This document shows positions 48,501 through 56,332 of a stretch of DNA of 64,000 nucleotides, piece after piece. Within the stretch, counting starts at the first letter, position 1; every line of letters starts with the position of its first letter. Below the pieces are notes generated by a model that had not been told where the DNA came from, searched no databases, and saw only the letters and a list, made by a program, of their open reading frames with translations. The position numbers and the translations under genes were made by a program. Source of the stretch: a virus; the IMG/VR virus record IMGVR_UViG_3300009184_000033, positions 68,045 through 132,044 of that record; one strand, 5' to 3'.

Positions 48501-49288
48501 GATGAGTTTAGTCCTGAGCCGTTCCAGATATTGGAACCGTCTGTGTTGCTGAATCCGCCGTGCGTGACCTTTGCGCGTGAGTCAGAGGCAAGAAGGTAGA
48601 GGTCAGACCCATCGCCTCCCGTGGCCTTCACCTCAGCGAGATCAGTTGAGGCATTTGGCTGGGAGATGATGGTGTTGGTCGTGCTGTAACCGTAACCAGT
48701 CATCACAGCGTTGTCAGGATCTACGTTCCTGAACCAGTACACGTCCGACAGGGTGCTCGATCCGTTGTTGGTGAGTGTGACGGTCATGACGATGTAGACG
48801 CCGTCATTCACAACGCCGTACTGCGTCTCAATACCAAGGTCTCCCCTGTTTCCGGTCCATGTCGCGGCCCCGCCGAGATTCCCACAGATGTCGACTTCAC
48901 AGGCAGGGTCACCGAGGCTGCCTACAATGTTCTGGCTTCCGTTGAAGTTTGTGTAGGAAGTGCCGTTGACCTCGACTCCCCATCCCTCGAGAGGCGAACC
49001 GGGAGAGAAGAAGTCACCGTAGAATGATGCCCATCCGTTGGCTTGCGGGTTCGCGACAAAACCCATCTGGCCCGTGTTGGAGCGATAGTGCCAGCCAGCA
49101 GGATACCCTCCCTCGCCAAAGGCACCTTCACTTCCAAGACCAAGCTCAACGTAGGAGTTGCGGATGAAGGCTGCGGACCCAGGATCGCTTACCTCACAGA
49201 ATCCGGAGGCGTGTGCTACTCTGGGAGCTGAAGCGAACGCTGCTAAAAGAACAGGGAATAGAATTTGATTTAGACATAGTTTGCGCAT
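45506..49288 (-). CDS. Secreted TSP3-repeat / MYXO-CTERM-like / beta-barrel / OmpA fusion protein
   Basis: Signal peptide (..VAHA); ~22 DxDxD TSP3-type repeats; DTG/DSGI linker; GGCSTTGGG..IILLGAALLASVRRR; C-terminal VVGYADS..LSYERA..GKGDESP..NRRVEF. Confidence 0.85.
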   Translation of the reverse strand: MRKLCLNQILFPVLLAAFASAPRVAHASGFCEVSDPGSAAFIRNSYVELGLGSEGAFGEGGYPAGWHYRSNTGQMGFVANPQANGWASFYGDFFSPGSPLEGWGVEVNGTSYTNFNGSQNIVGSLGDPACEVDICGNLGGAATWTGNRGDLGIETQYGVVNDGVYIVMTVTLTNNGSSTLSDVYWFRNVDPDNAVMTGYGYSTTNTIISQPNASTDLAEVKATGGDGSDLYLLASDSRAKVTHGGFSNTDGSNIWNGSGLNSSVGSTTTADQAISLAVRIGDMIPGQSETFRVVYALDDSAITAATECAEAPVIPDADSDGIPDTEDTCPTDPENDADADGICGDTDICPGYDDLADADSDLTPDGCDVCPNDPLDDEDLDGICGDFDTCPGFSDIVDSDSDGTPDGCDICIYDPLDDEDEDTVCGNNEACPGSDDLMDTDLDFVPDGCDTCPFDALDDSDADGSCDSDDICPGADDLLDVDGDSVPNGCDTCPTDSADDSDGDGSCDSADICPGFDDVADVDSDGLSDDCDACPLDELNDADDDGVCGDVDACPSDALDDRDSDGLCESADTCPLDPMNDADEDGNCGDVDICPADAENDSDADGVCGDIDICAGSDDLVDSDLDTVPDGCDACPLDPEDDVDSDDKCADIDPCPYDPFNDADGDGVCDGSDTCLGDPSNDVDSDGVCGLADNCPDYPNDEQLDFDHDGIGDFCDSDADGDTYADDSDNCFGEPNDQTDIDGDGIGDACDPVDDRPVDTGDTAVDTAIDSGIDSGIDSGIDSGIDTAVDTDTDPVEDPVKPAVGKYVPGGCSTTGGGPSGGIILLGAALLASVRRRGLGLMAAILGTPLLMGASGGEVPEMSVVPLPPRGASVFKGEESAVVGGIVTDPLSYVNPDGTETVVIGDTFWGWTTNRYTFDHFSFDVGLPGSIMQDGVPRIGDAWGGARGYTKAFGEDGWGAYGDLAVVVPTGVGLGVAHPNTVMQVEAGAEGQVGDLSFTAGGGYLVYPEIDLEGYELGDGPYLNALAAYGLGNFTVGVDTQAYYNIGERPVSSLFVGTSLDWTIGNFSVGVAGSKGIIRQPGDPDWQLSAQLTFGSDDKPEVIPAPALVIPPPAPACDCKSVTVYEQPIVIVVPAAPDAVTAPKQEIGIGFKAGDSKLNARGQATLDGVWVILNSRPGFGVKVVGYADSSEIEYKHPDELSYERAKVAADYLAGKGISTERISIEGKGDESPIDSSGTPAGKALNRRVEFVVTVSAEPVK

Positions 49289-49293
49289 ACCTG

Positions 49294-49300
49294 TAATTAT
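49294..49300 (-). promoter_or_regulatory. ATANTTA motif 5 nt before ATG
   Basis: ATAATTA-caggt-ATG, no Shine-Dalgarno. Confidence 0.45.
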
Positions 49301-49399
49301 GCGCTGAGATTTTACATAATTCTTCCAAAATTTACTTTCTTAGATTGGCCATAACCAGAACACGACTAATGAACGCTTCTGGAAATTTTTATAATCTCT

Positions 49400-49669
49400 C
49401 TATTTGATCTCGTCGACTGATTGATCCATCTCTTGATTCCAATTTGTCCTGAGCTGGATGAGCGGATTGAAGCTCGCCTTCTTCCTCTCGAGGACTAGGG
49501 CGGACTGAGGCTTCTGGAGGATTCCCTCGATCTCAAGTTCCTCGAAATCGATCTCGGTCTTCTGCTTGTAGACGACCTTTCCATCCTCGTCCCCGTCTTC
49601 GCCCGCGTTGGCGTGGCCAGGTGCAAAAAGAAGTGCGACAAAGATTGCGATTCTGATCATTCTACTCAT
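49400..49669 (-). CDS. cglF: CglF/GltF-like adventurous gliding motility protein
   Basis: Signal peptide (..HANA) then VVYKQKTEIDFEELEIEGILQKPQSALVLERKKASFNPLIQLRTNW, matching the myxobacterial CglF pattern as I recall it; AGGAG RBS. Confidence 0.7.
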   Translation of the reverse strand: MSRMIRIAIFVALLFAPGHANAGEDGDEDGKVVYKQKTEIDFEELEIEGILQKPQSALVLERKKASFNPLIQLRTNWNQEMDQSVDEIK

Positions 49670-49677
49670 GATGGCTC

Positions 49678-49959
49678 CTATGCATTCTGGATTGTCTGGA
49701 GGAAACACTCGTCCACTCCAAGGATCTGGCCGCGATATAGCACGTCATACAGCGGCTCTCTGGCATCTTCCTCGAACTGATGGCACTCGATTATGGTACA
49801 GATGTCGCCCAGCTGTATCTCTAGTTCATCGCCCTCCTCATCGAAGAGAGTTATCGATATTGCGTCGTGATAAGAGTCTGGAGCAATAAATTTGCAAAGA
49901 GAACCAGGGAACATGTCAGTACTATATCTTCTTGCGACCGCCTTTTCAGGCTGGCCCAT
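49678..49959 (-). CDS. Small KOW/SH3-like protein
   Basis: PGSLCKF..LGDICTII..YDVLY; start uncertain. Confidence 0.5.
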   Translation of the reverse strand: MGQPEKAVARRYSTDMFPGSLCKFIAPDSYHDAISITLFDEEGDELEIQLGDICTIIECHQFEEDAREPLYDVLYRGQILGVDECFLQTIQNA

Positions 49960-50001
49960 CTGCCACAGCGTCATTGAAGATCCAACGCGCAGCAAATCTT
50001 G

Positions 50002-51930
50002 TCAGTACCCGTCCTGCTCTTGAGCATGCTCCAGCGCCGACTCAAGATCTTCCGCAATCCGATTTGCATCCTGCTCGTCGATGTGCTCGCAGTCCCTGAT
50101 TATCGAGATTGCTTCCCTGGTGAGAGGGATGATCATCGCGGTGGTGTAGTTGGGTCTCTCACGGGCGCTGTCTATCATGTCCATCAGCTCAAAGAGCGCG
50201 CCAAGCGCCACTGAGTCCTCTGGACAGCCGGCGTCCTCTAGATCCATCTCCGCCATCTCAAGGGCGGCAAGTAGCTCGGATGTCTGCATCTGCTCGAGGT
50301 CCCTTCCTGCGAACATCTCTCCCGCCTCGGTGAGGCTCTTGCCGCGAACTCTTGATTCGACCACGCCGCGCGGATCCAAGATCGCGAGGACGCGCCCAGT
50401 GGTGATCTTGCCACGGCTCCAGTTGTCGAAGATCTTCTTGAAGGTCTGCCTGGAGTGCGTGACGCTCTCTTCCCAGATGTCACGGTTTTCTGGTGATAGA
50501 GTTTGCTCGAGCTCGTCGAACTTGGACATCACTTTGTGCCTGAGCTTATTGAAAGCTCTTCCGGCCGGAGTCTGTATGTCACGTGCTAGATCAAAGTTAG
50601 TGTCCATGCTTGCATGCCTGTTCTGGGCGAGCTTGTAGTTCTCCCAGATCGCCTTGTACTCTGGTGTCATGTGAAGCGTGTTGAGGAACCTCTGATAGTC
50701 CTCTATCACCTCGTCGTCGCCAGCATTAATGAGCCGCTGCGCCTGGTTGGGTCCAAAGATCTCCTTGAAGATTCCGATCAGACCTGGGATGACAGACCAT
50801 GGAGAGTTGAGAAATGAGTCAATTATTCCGTACTCGCGGAGCAATTTGCCTCGAACAGTTGCCATGACCGCAGACTCACCAATGTCAAGGGTCTTTGGAT
50901 AGCCCTTCTGACCCGGCTTCTTTCTTGGTAAGCCCTTCTTCCTGCGCTGGCGGATATTGTGCCAGAGACCCTTTGGCTTCGCTTCGTTCAGTGGCTCAAG
51001 CCCAGCAAGCTTGTGCCAGCGCTCGAGGATGGGATCTTTGTCGTATCTACGACCTGAATTCTCTTGGCTCTTTGTGGTCTCTTCTTCAGCTGGCTCGAAT
51101 GACTTGTTTGGTGTAGAAGGATTTGCCTCATTGTGAGCAAACTCACCTGGACCATAAATGTGCAGTTCTGCTGGAATCTGCTTTGCCATGTTCTTTTCTA
51201 CGTCATTGGTGTTCTTACTGAGATCATCATAGAAGTGAACTTCCTCTGGCTTTTGCGCGGCTTTGTCAACAAAGTGATCTTTTATCTTCTTGCCCTTGTT
51301 TCCGCCTGAGACGCCGAAGACTCCAGAGTTTGGCTTCGCACCCTGCTTCTCCAAGAACTCTTCCATGTCTTCAGCGTTCGTGGCGGTCAGCTTGTTGCCG
51401 TGAATGTCCTCCACCTGTCCACTGGCGGTCCTGGCAGTTACAACTGCCGTCTTGGAGCCAGCCGCGTTCGCCTTCTTGAGCTTATCAATGGTGGACGAGA
51501 TTGGCTTGGTGGTATCCAGGTTTGTGCTGCTCGAGGGAGTGTAGTCTACCAACACCTCGTCTTGTCCAGAGGCTCCAGTTGGAACTCCGAATCCAGTCGC
51601 AAACTGTCTATCTGATGGTATCTGCGACTGAATCTTGGCAAGAGCAGCAGAATTCACGTAGGCGGCATATGCTCCGTCTTTTTCGGAGATCGGTACGATG
51701 CCCGGATCAAGCAGCGCATTCGTGCTGACGCCGAGGCTCTTGAGCCAACCCTCGACCTCCTGCTTAGACTTGTGGACTGGCTTTCCGTCTCGGTACAACA
51801 TTACGGCATTCGCATTTGTAGTGACGCCAAGCGTGTCGTCAAAATCGAACAAGTGAACTTGCTTCTCTGGAGGAGCGTCACCTGGTACTGCATCTTCGAA
51901 CAATAGATCGACGAGTTTCATCCGCTTCAT
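50002..51930 (-). CDS. Leader-bearing multi-segment protein with HAD phosphatase domain
   Basis: MKLVDLLFE; HLFDFDDTL, VVTAR, HFYDD; internal ILERWHKLAGL-EPLNEA, LLREY, LTEA. Confidence 0.7.
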   Translation of the reverse strand: MKRMKLVDLLFEDAVPGDAPPEKQVHLFDFDDTLGVTTNANAVMLYRDGKPVHKSKQEVEGWLKSLGVSTNALLDPGIVPISEKDGAYAAYVNSAALAKIQSQIPSDRQFATGFGVPTGASGQDEVLVDYTPSSSTNLDTTKPISSTIDKLKKANAAGSKTAVVTARTASGQVEDIHGNKLTATNAEDMEEFLEKQGAKPNSGVFGVSGGNKGKKIKDHFVDKAAQKPEEVHFYDDLSKNTNDVEKNMAKQIPAELHIYGPGEFAHNEANPSTPNKSFEPAEEETTKSQENSGRRYDKDPILERWHKLAGLEPLNEAKPKGLWHNIRQRRKKGLPRKKPGQKGYPKTLDIGESAVMATVRGKLLREYGIIDSFLNSPWSVIPGLIGIFKEIFGPNQAQRLINAGDDEVIEDYQRFLNTLHMTPEYKAIWENYKLAQNRHASMDTNFDLARDIQTPAGRAFNKLRHKVMSKFDELEQTLSPENRDIWEESVTHSRQTFKKIFDNWSRGKITTGRVLAILDPRGVVESRVRGKSLTEAGEMFAGRDLEQMQTSELLAALEMAEMDLEDAGCPEDSVALGALFELMDMIDSARERPNYTTAMIIPLTREAISIIRDCEHIDEQDANRIAEDLESALEHAQEQDGY

Positions 51931-52133
51931 CTTGTTGTACCTACCCTTCCAATTTTTCCATCTGAGAGTATCTTCTTGATATCCTTACCAAGATCGAGAA
52001 CGCCCTGCTTGAACGGCTCGATGAATACATATGCTGCCGCCACGATGGCGATGACGATCACGCTGATGAGGAGCATGTACTCGACAGTGGACTGTCCCTC
52101 GTCATCTGCAATGAGCTGCTTCAGTAGTTCCAT
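51927..52133 (-). CDS. flp: Flp/Fap (type IVb/Tad) prepilin
   Basis: MELLKQLIADDEG|QSTVEYMLLISVIVIAIVAAAY: G/Q cleavage site, E+5 Y+6, hydrophobic helix; GAGG RBS. Confidence 0.88.
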   Translation of the reverse strand: MELLKQLIADDEGQSTVEYMLLISVIVIAIVAAAYVFIEPFKQGVLDLGKDIKKILSDGKIGRVGTTR

Positions 52134-52152
52134 GTGATACCTCAGATACTTA

Positions 52153-52159
52153 TAACTAT
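52153..52159 (-). promoter_or_regulatory. ATANTTA motif
   Basis: 19 nt upstream of pilin ATG. Confidence 0.55.
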
Positions 52160-52467
52160 CAGCCTGATTTGACTGTAACGAGGTGACCTTGCTCAAAGTG
52201 CCACAGGTCTCCCCTGACAAGCACCAGCCAAATCTTGAGCTCACTGAAGGCAAACGGTCCATCCACCACGGTTCCAACGTCCTGCTCGGTGGTCCTACAG
52301 ACATCTTTAAAGAGACGCGAAATGGGATCGACTTCCCTAGTGCCATCGGCGCACAGGGTGTCGACCCCAGTCTCTATCGGCACAAACCTTACCAGGTCGC
52401 CGATCCTGATTTCTGCGCGGTGCTCTACTTCTGCTTGTTGCACGTGTCGCACAGTGTCCGGATCCAT
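52159..52467 (-). CDS. Small KOW/SH3-like protein
   Basis: IRIGDLVRF..VGTVVD..IWLVL; start uncertain. Confidence 0.5.
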   Translation of the reverse strand: MDPDTVRHVQQAEVEHRAEIRIGDLVRFVPIETGVDTLCADGTREVDPISRLFKDVCRTTEQDVGTVVDGPFAFSELKIWLVLVRGDLWHFEQGHLVTVKSG

Positions 52468-52844
52468 CCGCCAGTGCGCTTGTGACCCCTGTTCCCACAG
52501 TTCTCACAGGTGCGATAGCTCACGGACTCTGCCATGGAGATCGCACCCTGGATGTAGTCGTCAGTGTTGTCCATGTAGAAGCGGAGCCCACCGAACTTCT
52601 CCTTCACCTGCGCTGCGACGGGCTGGTGTTCCTCATCGAACTCCCCGTCAGAGAGCTCAGGATGCTGGCGCCGCTTCCAGTCGACGTGGTTCTGGATGTT
52701 TGCGCAGAGGGATTCGACGATGTCGAACCAGCCGTCACCGTGCTCGAAACCCCAGTACATGCAGGACTCCTGCATCGACTTGCCGCGATCTCGGAAGATC
52801 TTTGGGTACTTCTCACAGAGGAGCTTGTCGAGCTCGTCCCTCAC
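52425..52844 (-). CDS. Conserved phage hypothetical with Zn-ribbon
   Basis: GDGWFDIV..AQVKEKFGGLRFY..TCENCG..TLCDTC. Confidence 0.8.
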   Translation of the reverse strand: MRDELDKLLCEKYPKIFRDRGKSMQESCMYWGFEHGDGWFDIVESLCANIQNHVDWKRRQHPELSDGEFDEEHQPVAAQVKEKFGGLRFYMDNTDDYIQGAISMAESVSYRTCENCGNRGHKRTGGWIRTLCDTCNKQK

Positions 52845-53047
52845 TTGGAGCCTCCCTTCACGAAATTGTTGATTGCTTCGATTACAAGAGCTTCAAATCC
52901 AGCCTCGTCGCCTGGCTGAAGACCGAACCTTACGAAGAATTCGTCACTGCGATCATCATCGATTTCGAACACAAAGCGAGTCTTTCCATCAGCGTCAGTC
53001 TCTTCGTAGATCTGCTTCAGGCCTGGAATTTCACTCTGTGTTGCCAT
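52841..53047 (-). CDS. Hypothetical protein
   Basis: Start reassigned (AAGGA RBS). Confidence 0.6.
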   Translation of the reverse strand: MATQSEIPGLKQIYEETDADGKTRFVFEIDDDRSDEFFVRFGLQPGDEAGFEALVIEAINNFVKGGSK

Positions 53048-53369
53048 CTTGCTTGTTCCTTTCGTAGTCTTCGATCCACTTGATTGTGGATTCGAGATCA
53101 AGATTGATCTTCTCGTGGTCTCGGGACGGATCCTTGGCCCACTCGGATGCGAGCCAGCCCTCGACAATCTTGCGCCAGAGGGTCACGTCAATCCGGAGTC
53201 CAAGCTTCGGACGTGGTCCGTTGTCCTCCCGCCAGTCGACATTTGCTGTATCAAGAGATGCTGCCCATCCATCGCCGTCAAGCTGGAGATAGACGTTATC
53301 ATTCTCGAAGCATTCTTGGTAGAAGTGGAAGTCTTTCTGATCGAAAGCGATCGTGCATCGTGTACTCAC
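53031..53369 (-). CDS. Hypothetical protein
   Basis: ATGA-coupled. Confidence 0.65.
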   Translation of the reverse strand: MSTRCTIAFDQKDFHFYQECFENDNVYLQLDGDGWAASLDTANVDWREDNGPRPKLGLRIDVTLWRKIVEGWLASEWAKDPSRDHEKINLDLESTIKWIEDYERNKQDGNTE

Positions 53370-54019
53370 TTTCCCTCCAGAGATTGGATTTTCAGAAGCG
53401 CAGACTCAACAGCTTGGGCGCGCATCTGATCGATATCGATAAGCTCTTCGACGGTCACTGGCCTTTTCAGGAGGCGGTCCCAGAGCTTCAGCTTTCCAGA
53501 CTTGACCGCGGGAACATACCTCTCCGTAAGTCCATCGAGGCGCTTTCCATGCCTCTTATCGAGGATCCCGAGCTTGCCAGTCTTTCCGTTTGGGAGCAGG
53601 ACGGTGTCACACCTGGCGTCTAGAATCTCACCCACGCTCTCGATCAGCACCTGATCGCGGTGGTGAACGCCACGATCGAAGGCCTGAAATACTGCGGCCA
53701 AGATAGTCGGCTTAGTAATTCCCTTCTGCCACGGGTGCTCGACGTAAGGCTGACCCGCACGTCCGGTGCGCTTCCAATCCTTGAGTCCGATCTCACACCA
53801 CCTGGAGCGCTCATGCCGGAGGATGCCCTCACCCATCTCCTGTGGAAGCTGAGGCAGTGCATGGAGCGCCCGATTGATCGGCATCCGGGCAGCTTCCCTC
53901 TCCTCTTCTGACTCGACGTGCGATGACCAAGATGCCTCAAGCACCGTGCACCACAGGCGCGCAGTGTACCAGAGGTTGTGGGAGAACCGCGGGTCTTCTC
54001 GGAAGTTCTGCATCTGCAC
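53366..54019 (-). CDS. Hypothetical protein
   Basis: First gene after sigma70 promoter; GAGG RBS. Confidence 0.65.
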   Translation of the reverse strand: MQMQNFREDPRFSHNLWYTARLWCTVLEASWSSHVESEEEREAARMPINRALHALPQLPQEMGEGILRHERSRWCEIGLKDWKRTGRAGQPYVEHPWQKGITKPTILAAVFQAFDRGVHHRDQVLIESVGEILDARCDTVLLPNGKTGKLGILDKRHGKRLDGLTERYVPAVKSGKLKLWDRLLKRPVTVEELIDIDQMRAQAVESALLKIQSLEGK

Positions 54020-54028
54020 CTCAGTTAG

Positions 54029-54056
54029 ATTATAATCACTTCTGAGGAATTTTCAA
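54029..54056 (-). promoter_or_regulatory. Sigma70-type promoter
   Basis: TTGAAA-N16-TATAAT, same architecture as 26112..26139. Confidence 0.65.
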
Positions 54057-54060
54057 GCAA

Positions 54061-55086
54061 TTATGCAAGTACCGAGGCGTCTACACCAACGTCTGCATCT
54101 GCCCTATCGTACTTCTTCTTGATCCAGTCAGTTATTATCTTGTTGATGTTGATGTCTGCGATCGATTTATCTGGGCTGTCTTTAGCGATCTTCCTCAGCT
54201 CTCCAACATACCACTTGATGTACTCAGCTTCGAGCTTGTCATCAAGGACATCCTCGAGGTCATCATTGAGCTGTAGAGCCTTTCCAAACTTCCCAAGCTG
54301 ATCATTGTCTGGTCCCTTTGCGATCTTCTCGGCAAAGTCAGCAAACTTCTCGTCGGGTGACTGTTGGGACTTCCTAAACGAGGCAAACAGAGACTTGATC
54401 TTGCCTCCGACCTCGACAGCCTTCTTGATCATCTGGTAGCCAGCAACAAGCTTGTCGCCATATGGGATGAGCTTAACGGCTTGCTCTACGAGCTTCTTGA
54501 TTGCCTGCTTCAGCGCCGATGTGAAGACGGTGTCGACTAGCCCCTTGAACGTCTCGTTGCTTGTGTACAGGTCCTTGAGTCCCTTGAAGTGGTCTAGAAC
54601 ATCAGTTATCTGCTCTTTCTTGTTACCCCAAAGCCACTGGAGAGACTTCTTGATATCGTCGTACTTCTTCTTAGCCTCTCTCCAGGCGCTCTGTAAATCG
54701 ACGCCGTACTTCTTCAGGTCAGTGAACCATTCCAGCATCTCCTTCACGTCGTCCTTGTTAGAAGAAGCTAGCTCTGCCGCCTCTTTGGACTTTTTGATCA
54801 TGGCGCTGATGTTCTCTGGCGCATATTCTTCGGCAAACTCAAGTGCTTCCTTGATGAAGTTTGCCATGGAATCATCCATGTCGCTAACGGTCTCGTCAAA
54901 GGAGGCTAGCAAATCTCCGACAGTCATGCCAGCCTCGAGCATCAGCATGTCGGTCTCGTGTTCAAGAATGACGATTCGAAGGTCTTCAGATCTCAGCACC
55001 TCTCTCACCAGGCGTGAGCTTCGGTGTGCTGGGCGAGAGTCCATAAGTTGCTCACGGATGAGAGCGCGAAGGTACTTCTCTTCCAC
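54061..55086 (-). CDS. Leader-family helical protein
   Basis: YLRALIREQ..RLVREV..VILE..LMLEAG. Confidence 0.7.
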   Translation of the reverse strand: MEEKYLRALIREQLMDSRPAHRSSRLVREVLRSEDLRIVILEHETDMLMLEAGMTVGDLLASFDETVSDMDDSMANFIKEALEFAEEYAPENISAMIKKSKEAAELASSNKDDVKEMLEWFTDLKKYGVDLQSAWREAKKKYDDIKKSLQWLWGNKKEQITDVLDHFKGLKDLYTSNETFKGLVDTVFTSALKQAIKKLVEQAVKLIPYGDKLVAGYQMIKKAVEVGGKIKSLFASFRKSQQSPDEKFADFAEKIAKGPDNDQLGKFGKALQLNDDLEDVLDDKLEAEYIKWYVGELRKIAKDSPDKSIADININKIITDWIKKKYDRADADVGVDASVLA

Positions 55087-55093
55087 GATTCTC

Positions 55094-56332
55094 TTACCTC
55101 TTCTTCTTTGGCGGCAGGCTGACGCCTTTCCGGCGGCTGTATTTTATGGTGTAGTCGTCCTGCCACTCAGCGTCATAGAGCTGTGCTCTCATGGTTTTTA
55201 TTGGATCATGTCCACGAACTGAACTCCATTTGCGGGGAGTCATATTCTTTAAGAGCTCAGGGTTGTCATTACCATAGTAGCCAAAATATGGCTCGCCAGA
55301 GAACTTGATGGCGCCAGACTCAGAGTCTCCCGTGACCTCCTTGTCAGACCATGGCAAGTCAAAATACACGTCTTCTGGATTCGACCTGTTGTATGAGTCT
55401 GCAAATGATGCAATCTCTCGCGGGACATCGCCCCACATCTGGTACACCTTGCAGGTGAGCTGTGCTCCAGATTTCACGATGACCTCTCCCTCACCGCCGT
55501 GCTCTGAGTTGACTTCGATGTTGTCGAAATCCACGATGGTGTCCTCTGGATTGACTACAGCACCGATTATGTAGCCACCTTTCTCTGCGTAATTCTTACC
55601 AGACTTTGCTCTGGCGGCCCACTGCATCATTGCCTCGTACTCAGATCCGGCTGATGACATCGTGGCAAAACGCTCTGCGACGCTCTTTGATTTCGTCCAC
55701 GCGCTGGGCTTATCCTGCTGGAATGGGAACGGCCTCTTGCCATCTCCGTACTTTTCTGCAAAGTCGAGGAGGTCCACGACCTCCCTGAATCTGATGCCAC
55801 GGTAGAGGACAGTGCGCTCCTGCATGCGGTACGGCTCGAGGTCAATTACGTACTCTGGCCTCGGCTCTGGCATGCCATAGCCGTTGGTGTTCTTCCACTG
55901 CCTGAGCCACTTCTTAGATCCGAGAGCAGGAGCACCACGACCCTTCTTCTTGCCGACGGTGGAGCGGATCTTCAGCGCGCGCTTGATGATCGGCAACTTG
56001 TCATAGTTGTTCCTGACAAAGCCAAGCGGGTCCAGACTGCGATTCCATTCTATGCGAACTGCGACGTCAGGCTCGTTCATCAGCGCCTTGGCTTCCTGGC
56101 TGTTCTTGAAAGCCTCGAAAGCCGGCGCAAATTTCGCTGCCAGCTCTTTGTTGGAATCTTCGAACTGTGGCGCCCACATGTGGCCTGCATCCACTCTCGT
56201 CAACATAGCCTTGAGCGCGGTAGCAGCCTCACCCGATCCGAACATCAGGTCGTAGACTTCGCCGGCAGAGAGACCCTTGCTCTCTAACATGATCCTGTGG
56301 AGGATTCTCTCTATTAGCGTCTCTCTCATCAT
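55094..56332 (-). CDS. Leader-family protein with ADP-ribosyltransferase-like domain
   Basis: MMRETLIERILHRIMLES; VLYRG, SAWTKS..VAERFA, HGGEGEVIV (R-S-E); start at ATGA overlap. Confidence 0.65.
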   Translation of the reverse strand: MMRETLIERILHRIMLESKGLSAGEVYDLMFGSGEAATALKAMLTRVDAGHMWAPQFEDSNKELAAKFAPAFEAFKNSQEAKALMNEPDVAVRIEWNRSLDPLGFVRNNYDKLPIIKRALKIRSTVGKKKGRGAPALGSKKWLRQWKNTNGYGMPEPRPEYVIDLEPYRMQERTVLYRGIRFREVVDLLDFAEKYGDGKRPFPFQQDKPSAWTKSKSVAERFATMSSAGSEYEAMMQWAARAKSGKNYAEKGGYIIGAVVNPEDTIVDFDNIEVNSEHGGEGEVIVKSGAQLTCKVYQMWGDVPREIASFADSYNRSNPEDVYFDLPWSDKEVTGDSESGAIKFSGEPYFGYYGNDNPELLKNMTPRKWSSVRGHDPIKTMRAQLYDAEWQDDYTIKYSRRKGVSLPPKKKR

